Below are positions 13,720-26,100 of a DNA stretch of 64,000 nucleotides, in pieces. The DNA comes from Guillardia theta CCMP2712. Its lineage: Eukaryota > Protista > Cryptophyta. The stretch spans positions 144,621 through 208,620 of the forward strand of contig NW_005434583.1 of the NCBI RefSeq assembly GCF_000315625.1. The letters run 5' to 3'. The notes below the pieces were generated by a model. The model made no database searches, had not been told where the DNA came from, and saw only the letters and a program-made list of their open reading frames with translations. Numbering within the stretch: position 1 is the first letter of the stretch; each line of letters starts with the position of its first letter. The translations under genes and the position numbers were made by a program.

Positions 13720-14994
13720 AGATCAAACAAGAATGCTGCAACGCATAATCGAAACCAAGTTGCAAAATCCAATGTACAACTGAAAAATACTCGAAGACGA
13801 CGACTAGCTTTCGTCGAAATGCTTCAAAAGAAGAATGGGGAGGGGTTCGGTTTCTATGTTCCCAAGACTGCAAGCCAATTCAAGAAAGGAGCAGGTTTGC
13901 TTGCTTGCTTCTACCTGCTGACGTGCTCATCGGCACGAGCTCCTGCATCTCCTTCCCGCTCTTATACCACCTGCACTTTCCTCCATCATCCTCCCCGCCC
14001 GCATGGCTCCTCACAGGGCGTGTCATACAGCACATCTGCCCACCCCTTGATCCGTACTACCCCTACCCCACTATTGAATACCCTACCCCCTCATCAAAGA
14101 TACCCCCTGGTGTTTCCAATGAATTTGTCCTCCTTTTCTCCCCTCAACATGACCACCCTCCCTCCCATGGACCCCCCGACTCTTCGCTCCTAAAGACATA
14201 TACACCCCTCCTCTGACTCCCACCCCGACCCCTCCACAGATCCGATCTGGGTCCGCCTCGCTGTCAAACTTTTTGACCGTCACCGTGGCACTCGGACACC
14301 CGTCCGATCATCATGATGATATCACTGCGTCATGCGGCCGGGCCGGACACTGGCGGCGCGGCGGGTTCACTGGCCGCGATTGGATGCCACCAGACGTGAG
14401 CACACCGATTGGCCTGAGTTTAAAAGTGCCGCGCTGGCATAACTCGCGGTGGTGCCACGGTGGGCATGCTGCACTGCGCGGCATGATCCGCCCGCCCCCC
14501 CCCCCGGTGAAGGCCGTCCGATCCCGCCGTGACTCACTGAGTTGGACCTGACGGAGGCTCAGTTGGCATGATGGGAGCAGGCCGCCACTTTAATTACTTA
14601 ATTACTCGCTCGCTGACCCGCCTCGCGATGGCAAACACGCGCATTAATGCGATCAATGGCCAGCGCCTCGTCTGTACTGGAGGGGGAGGGAGGGAGGGAG
14701 GGGGGGTGAGAGGCTGGAGCGGGAGGAATCAAGAAACTGCTATGTTGCATGATCCGTAGAGAAGAATCTCTTGGTCCGACCAGGAAATGTCTTTCCTTTC
14801 CATTCCCGCCTTCAGTGCAGCTTTGAAGCTAACGGCCCCAGCCCCCCCTTGCCTGCCGACCTTCCCTTACTCTCTTTCCATTCATTTCTCAAGCCTCTAT
14901 CTTGCTTCACCTCTCAGACTTGCTTGATTTCCAGCGTTGATGCTCATGGATGACGATTGCTCTAGCTAACGTGTATGTTTGCAGGGATAGGACA

Positions 14995-17900
14995 ATGGCG
15001 CAGGCGCAGGATCAGCTGGTACGAGTGGTCGAAAAGCCGCTGTCATTGGCCGAGCCATCCCAGCAAGACCAGCGGATCAACGAGACTTTGATGAACTACA
15101 TGGAAGCAGAGAACCTGCTCCCCTCAGAGAGCGAGTCTGCCAGAAGGGTCAGGACGCTAGCCAAGCTCAATGAGATGTGTCGGGATTTCGTGAAGCGAGT
15201 GTACGAGAAGAACAACTTGATGGAGCAATACTCAGAGGAAAACCCTCCATATCAACTTCGAACCTTCGGTAGTTACCGTCTTGATGTTCACTTGCCTGGT
15301 GCAGATATGGATACGGTGATGATCGTCACTCGACACATCCATCGCGATGACATGTTCAACGATCTCTACGTGGCCATGCAAGCTCGCAAAGACATCACGA
15401 ACCTGATCAAAGTCCAGGAAGCTCGTGTGCCTGTGATCAAGTTTCAGATGGATGAGTTCGAGTTCGATTTGGCGATGGCGAGGCTCAGCTATGCGACTAT
15501 ACCGGAGGACTTTGATGTTACCGACGACAAGCATCTCAAGAATGTCGATCAGCAGAGCGTCACTTCCCTCAATGGTGTGCGCGTGACGGACACAATCAGA
15601 AGCCTCGTCCCGACCATGAAGACCTTGAAGTATTGCATCCGAGCGCTCAAGTTGTGGGCCAAGAAGCGTGGAGTGTACAAGAACGTGTTGGGATTCCTTG
15701 GAGGTATCTCACTGGAGATCATGGCCGCAAGGATCGGACAGCTCTATCCCAAGGCTCTTCCAAGCAGGCTGCTGTACTTCTTCTTCTTCACCTACTCTCA
15801 ATGGAAGTGGCCGCAGCCCGTAGGCCTGACCGAGGTCATCGCCAACTCGCATGATCTGAATCTGCCAGTTTGGGGATTCGGAGCGACTGAAATGTCAGAC
15901 CGCCGGCATTTGATGCCTATCATCACCCCTTGCTATCCTGCACAGAATGCTACGGCAAATGTGTCCAAGTCGACCCTCAAGGTGATGCAGGAGGAGTTCA
16001 CCAGGGCCAAGGATATTTGCAAACAGATCCTGGAAGGCAATGCCGAGTGGAGCGATCTGTTTGAACCCCTTGACCCGTTTTCAAAGTATGCAAACTTTCT
16101 TCAGATCCAGGCATCTGCGCAGAGCAAGTCTGATTATGACATGTGGAAGGGCTTCTGTGAAGCCAACATTCGTGCCGTAGTGTCATACATGGAAAAGTGG
16201 CCCGATGCATATTTGGATCGAGCACATCCCATACAGAGGAACTTTGCAAAGCCGAGGCAGCAAGAGCAGGAGCAGTTTGAGCACTTCTGGTTTGTTGGGT
16301 TGAAGTTTGATCAAGAAAAATTGAAAGCAGATGGAAAGAAAGCACCTAACATATCCGGGCCTGTGAGAGAATTCAAGGGGAGGCTCAAAAACTGGGCGCG
16401 AAGGAAGAGTGAAATGGAGCTTCAAGTGCAGTCAGTGAAGAGAAAGGACCTCCCCGACTTTGTTCTCAATCCGAAGGATGAGGAGGAGGCGTTGAAGGAA
16501 GAAGGAATAGAGCAGCAACTTCAAGCCGGTCAGAGGACGAGCACCATCGAAGAAGATGAGAACATGACTCCCAAGAGCGACGAGACTTTAGCTGGAACCA
16601 AGAGGAGCCTGGAAGATGTGGAGAATACAGATTCAGCTGCTGAATCGAAGAAACTCCGAGGAAACGGAACGGAGACGACGGCTGAAGGAGAGAGCAGCGT
16701 TATCAAGGGTGAAGGCGACTCCAAGGGACTAGATGGCAGGGCCGTTCAGATCGCCGAGGCTGATCCTGCCAAGACTCCTCCCATGCCTGCAGCAGATGAT
16801 AGCGCAGGCGTGTCAGATGTCAAGCCTGCAGTTGTGCAACCGATGCAAGTGAAGACCGAAGTGAACGAAAAGATGGGAGCTGAAGAGCCTCTCAATCCCA
16901 ATAACAGCGACGAGCGCGAGTTGGGTTCTGGTCAAGAAGTGAAGGAGGCGGTGAACGTGGATGAGAGCTCTAATGCTTCAAGAAGCGTGACTGCTGAGCT
17001 CATGGCGTCACTTCGCCAACCAGAGGTCAGGACCGAGAACCTTGTCAACCGCGAGAAGATAAGGAAAGAGATGTTCTCCCTCGAGGTTGGAGAGGAGCTG
17101 AGGATCGAGGCGGACTCGAAGAAGGTATTTGTCACCCTTGACACAGGGCATGCAGAGATCTTCGGGTGGGAGCTGCCTTGCGGGGAGACCGTTGAGCTAG
17201 CTCGAACCAAGTTGGCTCTCTACACCTGGCATGGGTGTATGATCTCGGTGCGGGGGGAACCCAAGTGCTGCTATAAGGGAGACACCACGCCGATGAAGAC
17301 GTTTGCCAACCTTCACGCGTACCTGCAGCAGAGTCGCCGCGCAGCCCTCAACTCCAACACCAGCGGGCCGAGGATCATGGTGGTTGGCCCGCCCAACACC
17401 GGCAAGTCGTCGCTGGTCAAGTTACTCCTCAACTACGCTGTGAGGGAGGGAGAGAGGCCGATGATGGTGGACCTGGATGTCTCCAAGGTGACTCGTCTCT
17501 CTCGCTCTCCTGTGTCTGACGCCCTCTAGGCCCGCGCTCTTTTCCTCCCTGGTTCGCTAGGAGCCGTCGCCGTTACCTCTTTCATCTCACCAACGGACAG
17601 CAACTCCATGGCTCATCCCCTCGCCTACTACTACGGTTACAGAGATTGCACACGGTCAAGCGACCTCTTCAAGAGTCTAGTCGATGACCTTGCCACACAA
17701 ATCGCAGCGAGGCAGAACAGTGGCTTTGACGAGCAGGGCAAAGCTGCAGGGCTGGTCATTGACACGTTCTCATACCACGCGAGCAGCCAGCCGTCGTATG
17801 ACCTGCTGGTGGCGTGTGCCAAGTCGATGAAGGCCGACATCATCGTTGTGATGGACATGGACAAACTTTTCTGCGACCTCCAGCGAGACCTGGGAGGGTC

Positions 17901-18581
17901 GGATGAAGGAGGAGTTCAGATCATCAAGCTAGCCAAGTGAGCTGGAGCGGTCCCGTGATGCTGGTCTGACTCTTGCTAGGGGGGGTGGAGTCGTCGTTCC
18001 GGATCATTCCTTCCAGAAGCAGGCAGAGAAGGAGGTGATACAAGATTACTTCTACGGCAGAGAGCGGGAGCTCTGCCCACGTCCCATCGTATTCCCCTTC
18101 TCCAAAGTGAGCATGCACCCCTGCGCTTCCTCTCCCTCCTCCTCCCTCACTTCCCGTCAGTTGCAGTTTTTTCGCACTGCCGCTACCCCGCAAGTCCCGA
18201 AGGATGCTCTGCCGATAGGGATCACAGCGATCGAGAGCAAGATGGAGGTGCAGGTGGTAGAGCCTGACCTGAACTTGGAAAACAAGCTCCTGGCGGTGTG
18301 CGAGAAGTGGAGCGAAGGGATGTACCTGACTTGAGATGACAAGGTTGCTGGCCGAAACCCCTCAGACGACCAGGAGCTTGTTTGCGTTAACGTAGCAGGA
18401 TTTGTACATGTGCAGGTAGATCTTTCCTCGTTGCATTGGTTGCTTGTTTGTCGCTTGCATTGACTGTTTGTCTCGTCAGCGAGTGGATCTACAGGAGGAG
18501 AAGCTCACCATCCTGGCGCCCAACGGGCTGCCGATGCCCTCCTCGAAGCTGCTGGTGGGTGACATCGACTTCTTAGAGTGA
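14995..18581 (+). CDS. Poly(A) polymerase - Clp1 fusion protein
   Basis: PAP nucleotidyltransferase motifs FGSYRLDVHLPGADMDT, ARVPVIKF..FEFDL, SLNGVRVTD, IRALKLWAKKRGVYKNVLGFLGG and HLMPIITPCYPAQN, plus the RNA-binding domain. An acidic linker follows, then the Clp1 N-domain (ELRIE..GHAEIFGWEL..LYTWHGC), P-loop GPPNTGKSSL..LLNYAVR..PMMVDLDV, PGSLGAV, PLAYYYG, GLVIDT, KGGGVV, IQDYFYG and C-domain NVAGFVHV..VDLQEEKLTILAP..LLVGDIDFLE*. Introns at 17488-17529, 17937-17979 and 18107-18160, plus two more before 18480. An upstream acceptor at ~14984 suggests a 5' exon. Confidence 0.93.
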
Positions 18582-18706
18582 GCCCCTTGTAAATAAACAA
18601 GACTTTAAGAGAACCTCCTCTCCTTCCCTGCTACATCAGCGCAGCTCAGATCGATGTGTTTGATCGCACAGTTGTTGCTTGCGCGACGTGTAGCGCCTCA
18701 ACTCTC

Positions 18707-19825
18707 TTTGTGGAAGCGATTCGATCGTCTACATCCCCTGCTCTCCTTACCAGCCGCTCCATCTCTCTCTCTCTCTCTCTCTCTCTGCTTCCTCCACTTC
18801 GTCGCCCCTGCTCTCACCTCTCCATGCCTTGGCAAGCCTTTTTTGATTGTTCGTGCTGCGCATGCTCAAGTCGCTTGACTTCCAAGAGCGCATGGGCCTG
18901 GTCACCCGGACCATCGCACGCGCGTCGAGCGACCTCTGGCACTTCATGTTGTTATTCCTCCTGGTGCTATACGGCTACTCCGTGGTGGGACACATGCTGT
19001 TCGGTCATCAGTACGAGGCGAGTAGAAGAGTGAGGGCGTGTAGGAGGAGCTGACCTGCTATGGCATGACAGGGGATGAAGGACATGTCGACGACGTGCCT
19101 GACGCTGTTGATCTTCCTGCTCAGTCTCGACACGACTCAGTTCTACGCATCGGTGAGTGCGAGCAAGCTCAGCGGTCTAGGTAGAGGGCAAGCTGACTGG
19201 TGTGATGACAGATGTCGCACGCGGCTCCGGACGGAGCGTTTCACATCTTCCTGTGGTCTTATCTATTCATCGCGTTTTTCATCCTGCTCAACGTGTTCCT
19301 CGCCATCTTAGTGGACTCGTACGCCAAGGTCAAGGAAGAGACTGAGGGGACAACCGGGCTGGTGGAGGACTTGCTGGAGACTGTCTGGCATGGACTGAGG
19401 CAGGTGCTGAGAACGCAGCAGTTCGTGTCGAACCAGATGCTAGAGCAAGCTCTGATAAGAGAGCGAGAGACTCTGACGTCGAAAGAGAGCCAACGTCGCG
19501 CTCGATGCTGCGACCTGAGGGAAGTAGAGGAGAAGACAACGCATGTGATCGATGATCTCGAGGATCTAGCGGAGGAGAATGCGGTCGAGGTTTTGCCAGC
19601 TGACGGCCAGCTGATGTGAAGAGAGAAAGCGAGGAGAGCTGGAGGGTACGGATGAAGAAACAGGTGTACAGTAAGGCCTGTGTGAGCGGGGGCGACGAAA
19701 CAGAGGTGAGGGGCTTTTTGTGGAAGCGATTTGATCGTCTACATCCCCTGTTCTCCTTACTGGTCGCTCAATCCCTCACTTTCTATCTGCTTCCTCCCCT
19801 TCGTTGCCCGCGCTCCCTCTTCTCC
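18707..19825 (+). repeat. ~110-bp imperfect direct repeats (18707-~18820 and 19717-~19825) bracketing the inverted duplicate
   Basis: tttgtggaagcgattYgatcgtctacatcccctgYtctccttac...ctgcttcctccMcttcgtYgccc occurs at both positions. Confidence 0.85.
18849..19678 (+). pseudogene. Inverted partial duplicate of the 3' part of the polycystin-like gene (introns retained, ~960 bp internal deletion)
   Basis: 18849-~19524 is the near-identical reverse complement of ~21907-21233. ~19525-19678 matches ~20270-20113. There is no 5' gene portion. Confidence 0.9.
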
Positions 19826-20172
19826 CCTCGTCGTCATTCCCTTCCTTCTTGCCGGGAAGCTGACATTGCTCTGATCAATCTTCTCCTCCGCGTCTTGTGA
19901 TGGACCGATGAAGCTCGCGTCCATGAGAGCGTCTCGCTTAAGCACAAGGATACGCTCCTACAGCCCTTGGCTCCTCACTCAAACAACGAGACGCTGGCCC
20001 TCTCTCCGAGCACGTTTGACCCACCGAAGTGATGCAGGCAATCCGACTCAGAGGATGAGAGCGAACATGATCAAATCACTGCGAGCTCGTTTCCTCTATG
20101 CGAGGCCTTGACCGGCCTTACTGTACACCCATTTCTTCATCCGTACCCTCCAGCTCTCCTCTCTCGCTCTCT

Positions 20173-23100
20173 TCACATCAGCTGGCCGTCAGCTGGCAAA
20201 ACCTCGACCAAATTCTCCTCCGCTAGCTCCTCGAGATCATCGATCACATGCGTTGTCTCCTCCTCTTCTGCTTCCTGCCTTGTATGCTCTTTCTGCCACA
20301 CGCACATCCCGTCAGTCGCACGCCTCTCCTCCCCTCGCCTTTCCCTGACCTTTGCTTCTTCCTCCGTCAGCTTTTGCACCCTCAACACCAACCGAGTGTC
20401 TCGAAGCTTCTTGAAGAGCCTCTGGTTCTGTAGCGGCAGCGTCAGCTCCTGCGGCTCGCCTTCCGGGAGCTGCTGCAGGTCTACTTGTACAGACCCAACC
20501 AGATCGTCGCTCGTCACCTGAGCACAAGCATCCGTCAGACCTCTCTGCGACCTCCACCAGCCTCCCGACGGCACTCACATCATCCTTGTCCCACAAGGTG
20601 ACGCTCAGAACCTTGGTCTGACTCGTCATCCTCCACTCGAAGTCTTGCTTCCACACCGGGTTGACGTTCTTGTTGATCACCTCCGACGCAAACGTAGACA
20701 GCCCCGAGCACGCGTTGACGAACAACACGCAGTACGCGTCACAGCCCGAGAGCAGGTCCATCCGCGGCAGGTTCCTCGCTTCTACCAGCTGCACCCTCAG
20801 CACTCCCGCAGCCTTCGATGCTGGCGACGTGTAGACTACCTCCGCCTGCTCCGCGCTCTCGACGATGGCAGCCGGCACGAGCTCCTTGCCCATCCTCGTC
20901 ATGAGGTCTGACATGCGCTTTTGGCTGTTGAGAATCTTGAGCTGACTGATCTGCATTGCGATCTGTCGTCTCACGCCCTCCATGTCATGCAGCTCCATCA
21001 GCTCCTCCTTCCTCCTCTCCGCGATCTCCGATGGCTCCGTGCCATAGCGGCTCATCAGGTCGGCGGACGCGACTATCTCGTCTTCACACAGCGTGTAGTC
21101 CTCAGCATCGTCTCCGTCCTCGTCATGGTCTGGATGTACCTTGTCCGACCCCTTCGCTAAGGCTTGTCGAGCAAGAGCAGCAAGCTCGTAGGTATCAACA
21201 GACACGCCACCGGGAAGCAGAATCATCTTTTCTTCCCTCAGGTCGCGCTCGATGCTGCGACGTTGGCTCTCTTTCGACGTCAGAGTCTCTCGCTCTCTTA
21301 TCAGAGCTTGCTCTAGCATCTGGTTCGACACGAACTGCTGCGTTCTCAGCACCTGCCTCAGTCCATGCCAGACAGTCTCCAGCAAGTCCTCCACCAGCCC
21401 GGTCGTCCCCTCAGTCTCTTCCTTGACCTTGGCGTACGAGTCCACTAAGATGGCGAGGAACACGTTGAGCAGGATGAAAAACGCGATGAACAGATAAGAC
21501 CACAGGAAGATGTGAAACGCTCCGTCCGGAGCCGCGTGCGACATCTGTCATCACACCAGTCAGCTTGCCCTCTACCTAGACCGCTGGGCTTGCTCGCACT
21601 CACCGATGCGTAGAACTGAGTCGTGTCGAGACTGAGCAGGAAGATCAACAGCGTCAGGCACGTCGTCGACATGTCCTTCATCCCCTGTCATGCCATAGCA
21701 GGTCAGCTCCTCCCCCACGCCCTCACTCTTCTACTCGCCTCGTACTGATGACCGAACAGCATGTGTCCCACCACGGAGTAGCCGTATAGCACCAGGAGGA
21801 ATAACAACATGAAGTGCCAGAGGTCGCTCGACGCGCGTGCGATGGTCCGGGTGACCAGGCCCATGCGCTCTTGGAAGTCAAGCGACTTGAGCATGCGCAG
21901 CACGAACAGAACGACGCTGACTCCGGCGAAGAAAGAGAAGAGGCTCATCGACCCCGAGATGGTTCTTGCTTGCTCCAGCAGCATCAGCAAGTCCAGCTCA
22001 GCTTGGTTGTCGGTACGGAAATGCCTCGCCTGTGCGTTGCCTGACTTCACTAACGGAACTTGAAACGATTTCCCTGTCTGGACGGTTGTGACGCCTTTCC
22101 GTCGGGCAGCGGACCCGTAGTCGGGCCCGTAGAAGAGGACGGGGTAGTTGGCTTTCATCTCGAACCGCCGACAGTCCTGGTAGTGAAGCAGGCAGGTGAT
22201 CACTGTTCCCCACATGAAGGCGAAGTGAGTCCAGTCGATCCAGTTGAAGGGATGCGACAGGTACCCGCTCAGATTGTACTTGCGGATCTCACCCAGCAGC
22301 TCGCTGACTTCCATGTAGCTGTTGATCAGTAAAAAGACTATGACGAGTACGAAGAGGAAAATCTGCAACCCGGCTTTCGGCCCGGCAAAGAAGTCAACAG
22401 TAAAGGAGTTGACCTGGTAGTCCCATGGTATCCTGCCTGTCTGCTGCCAGTTGAAGATAAACTCATGCAGAGCAAAGATGTTCTTAGGCGCGTTGTAGGT
22501 GAGGAACTGCACTCGCACTTCTTCTGTCGTCCCGTCGATGTAGGAGCCGTCTTCCGCGAACTGAATCATGGTCTGCGCCAGCATCTGCGTGAGACGCTCG
22601 TCGAAGTAGAGCTTGAAGGTGTCTCCCTCTGACGGCATGATGTACTTGGGATCCTTGTAGGCTTGCTCGAAGCCTGTAACGTTGATCGAGGCCTCTGCCT
22701 CAGAGATGAAGCCATCCTTGTTCCGATCGAAGAAGTTGGTGTCGTACTTCTGCGGAAAGAAGCCGATCGGGAAGGACAGCTCCGTCACTCCACCGGAGCT
22801 GATCACGTGCCTCTCAGGCGGGGCGTAAAACTGTCTGGGCTCGAGCTTCGGGTTGTACATGCTGCTGAAGGTCATGAAGGAAGGATCGTAGCCGTACGGA
22901 GTGTCGTCAAGAGTCGTGGACGGACAGCTCACGATGCCTTTCACCGACTCCATGTAGAGTTGGACGTGCTTGTTCACGCTCTGAGCGCAGTCAGCAGGCT
23001 TCATCCTCTTCTGCGAGATCACGATGGCGCCGACGATCCTGTTGTAGGGAGTGATCTCGCGGTTCTTGGGCTCGAACGGCGGGACGATCTTGGGCGGACC

Positions 23101-26100
23101 CTCACTCGCATCCCGATACTCCCACACGCTGAAACGATAGTCGCTCGCGCACGTGGAGCTTGACGTCAGCTTCGCTGTGTCCGCGCACGCGGGGAACTGC
23201 CCCGAGGTCGGACACGTGATGGTCGGACACCTGAGATCGATCGCGTCGCTCGCGTCAACCTTGCAGAAGCTGCAGAGGTCACATGTCCCTAACCCTCCCG
23301 TGCTCGACGAGCCCTGCTGGGAGCAGAAAAGTCCTGTATCGCAATCATAATGCGACTCGCAGGCCTGACCTGTCACACGAGCTGTCAGCGACTGACAAGA
23401 CGGACGAGGCGTCGGGCCCCTCACCTCTCGTGCTCTTGGTGAAGATCGAGCTCGTGCTGATCGACATCTCTTGCGACGCCGTCAAGAGCGGACAAGCCCG
23501 CGTCAGCGCCTCCTGCATCTCCTTACGATGATCCAGCAGCACGTTGATGATGGTCGCCGCTTGGACGTTGGAGGTTGCCAAGACTTCGCCTGACACGTCT
23601 GCAGTCTCCGAGAGCCTAGAGACGTTGACGCTGATCTGCTGAGGGAGCACCTGAGAAGCGTTGAGCCTGCTCTCAACGATCTTCTGCCACTCGTCGAGCG
23701 CAGACAAGTTTCCACACAAGGGGACTACGACGGGGACTACGACAGGGACTGTTGGAGTGGTGGTGCCATCGGACTCCCTTGAAGGAGCTGAGGTGTTGGC
23801 TGAGGCTTCCGCAAGGGTGGAGCTGTTCGTAATGACGGAGGTAGAAGCGTTGTCGGCGGTTGTCGAGGTGATCGCGGGTATCGTCTGGATGTTGACGGGA
23901 AAGAACAAGCGGACACGAGGCGGGTCCAGGAAGTAGTTCCCGTAGTCAGCACTCGAGCTCGGCAGTGTCACATCAGGGTATTTTGCACACGCGATGACCT
24001 TGACTTGCAAGAACGTGCGAGAAGTCGCGCCCTTGCGGTACAGCACAAGCTTGGAGCCATTCTTGACGGTGTTGGGGCAAGAGGCCTCGTCTTCCCAGTT
24101 GGTGCAGTCGCAGGTGGGGGTGGGCCGTGCGTCTGTAGAGAGAGCATACCGCATGTAGGTGACCTGCGAGGTAGTGACCACCTCGACTTCAGCGAGAGAT
24201 AGTCCCACGAGACTGCTGTACAAGGGTCTCAATACGTTCTCCTTGTAAGCTCTGAGAACCGGGGGCCTGGGACTGGTAGGACAAATGGCTCCGGTCCCCC
24301 ACGTTGCACAGAAGCCTCGCTTGTTCACAGAGCTATCCGTAGTGAATCTGATCTTCATGAAGCCCGTTGGTGACGTCACTGGGTTGACTATCTGACTCAT
24401 TGTCCCACACATTGTTTTGAGCAACGTGGGCGTTGGGCTTGTGCAGCTTGCGGTCGTGCAAGAGTAAACTTTGACACTGTCATACCTGCATGTGCTACTG
24501 TACTCCACATCAAACATCTGAAACGTTAAAGACACGTCCGTTGCTGCTGGCGGGGCTATGATCCAGTAGCAGTCCGTCGAAGATGAATAAGACGAGTATC
24601 CTGATGTGACATAGCCAGAAGCGCTTGCAAACGTCCGACTAGTGGCAGGACAATTGGAGACAACTCTCAACGAAGCCTTGTCAGCTTTCTCCTGATGACT
24701 CTCCTTGCTGATGACTTGATAGAGCTCTTCCATCCTCTTCGGGTTTTCCTTCGCCGGCGACTCTTCACGAAGAGCGGAGGAACCAACGTCACGCTCTCCG
24801 CTCGTGACATGAGCATCATGCTGCATGACTCCCATCTTCCTCATTGGAATCGAGCCTCCTGCCTTCTTCTTTGCCTCCTCCCCTTCTTTTTTTCTGACCG
24901 TTCGAGATCTTCTCCGCGCTCTTGATGAAACATCGCAGCTGGATCCCGACTCAATGATCTTCGCCTTGTTCGCTGCCGCGTACGGACTCCCGCTCATGTT
25001 GGGAAGGATGCTGCAGTACCCGACCTGTACAACCCTTACAAGCACGCCAAACAGCGGCAAGCTTACCTCCACTATGGTCTCCAACACACCCGTCACCGAG
25101 TCCTTGAGCTCGATCTTGCCGCTCAGCCCGTACTTGGAGGTCATCAGGTAGCCGACATCTTTCATCCAGATCTTAGTCAGAACCCTCACCGTCACGCCAT
25201 GCCTCTTGCTACCTTCGGGGTTGAACTTGTCGCAGAAAGTACGCATAGCGTCTGTGGGGGATCGACACATGGTTTTCAAGGCGTTCTCATTAAAGACTGC
25301 GTTCTTGAAAATTTCTCTGTGGTTCCCATATTCCATGGCCGACTTCCTTTTTGAGAGAGTCGAGAAAGAGCTGCGAGCCAAGCTCAGCTCATCTACTCTC
25401 GTACAACCTTCACTTACCTTGATGTCACCCTGAACAATGACGTCACCGCTTGATTCTCCACCGCTTGCTCTAAAGACGAGACCTGGTATAGCACCAACGT
25501 AAGCTCTCCGTCGGGAGCCTCGAACGTCAGCTGGGTTGCGTTTGTGTCGGTCTCGAAAAGAAAGTCTCCCATCGTATCGCTGTAAATGTTGTAGAAATAT
25601 CGCACCCTTGACGGATCGCTGTCCAGCGCAGAGTCTTTGAGAGGGAAACCGAGCTCTGACGAGCTTTGCTGGATGATGTCTGCCAGTGTGATAGTGAGCG
25701 TGGTGACGTTCTTGTACTTGCCGCAGTCCTTGATGCATCCGAACCGCCCGAAGCCCGGATACTCGTCGGGTGTATCACAACTTCCATCTCCACATACAGG
25801 ATCGCTGAACACCACCTGAGCTATCCCCCGAAACCTGCCGATCACAGTCAACGTCGGCGATTATACTCATAGCACGATCCCTACCAGGAGTAGAAGTCTG
25901 CAGACGTGCCGAGAAAGCCCGTCGAGCCCAGTCCTGAGTTCATGTAGCCTCCGTTGCCAAGCTGAGGAAGATTACTGAGAACAAGGTCGACGACAGAGCT
26001 CTCGACGTAGTAGGAAGATGTGATGTCTCGCTGCATGAAGAGAAACGAGACGTACACGATGAAGAAGATGGACGTCCCAAACAGCCTCACATACGACGAG

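Noticed and set aside
16470-17071. PAP and Clp1 as two adjacent genes merged by the ORF caller
   Set aside because: There is no stop codon, gap or intergenic-type sequence between them, and the linker has coding-like composition. Kept only as the refuting alternative.
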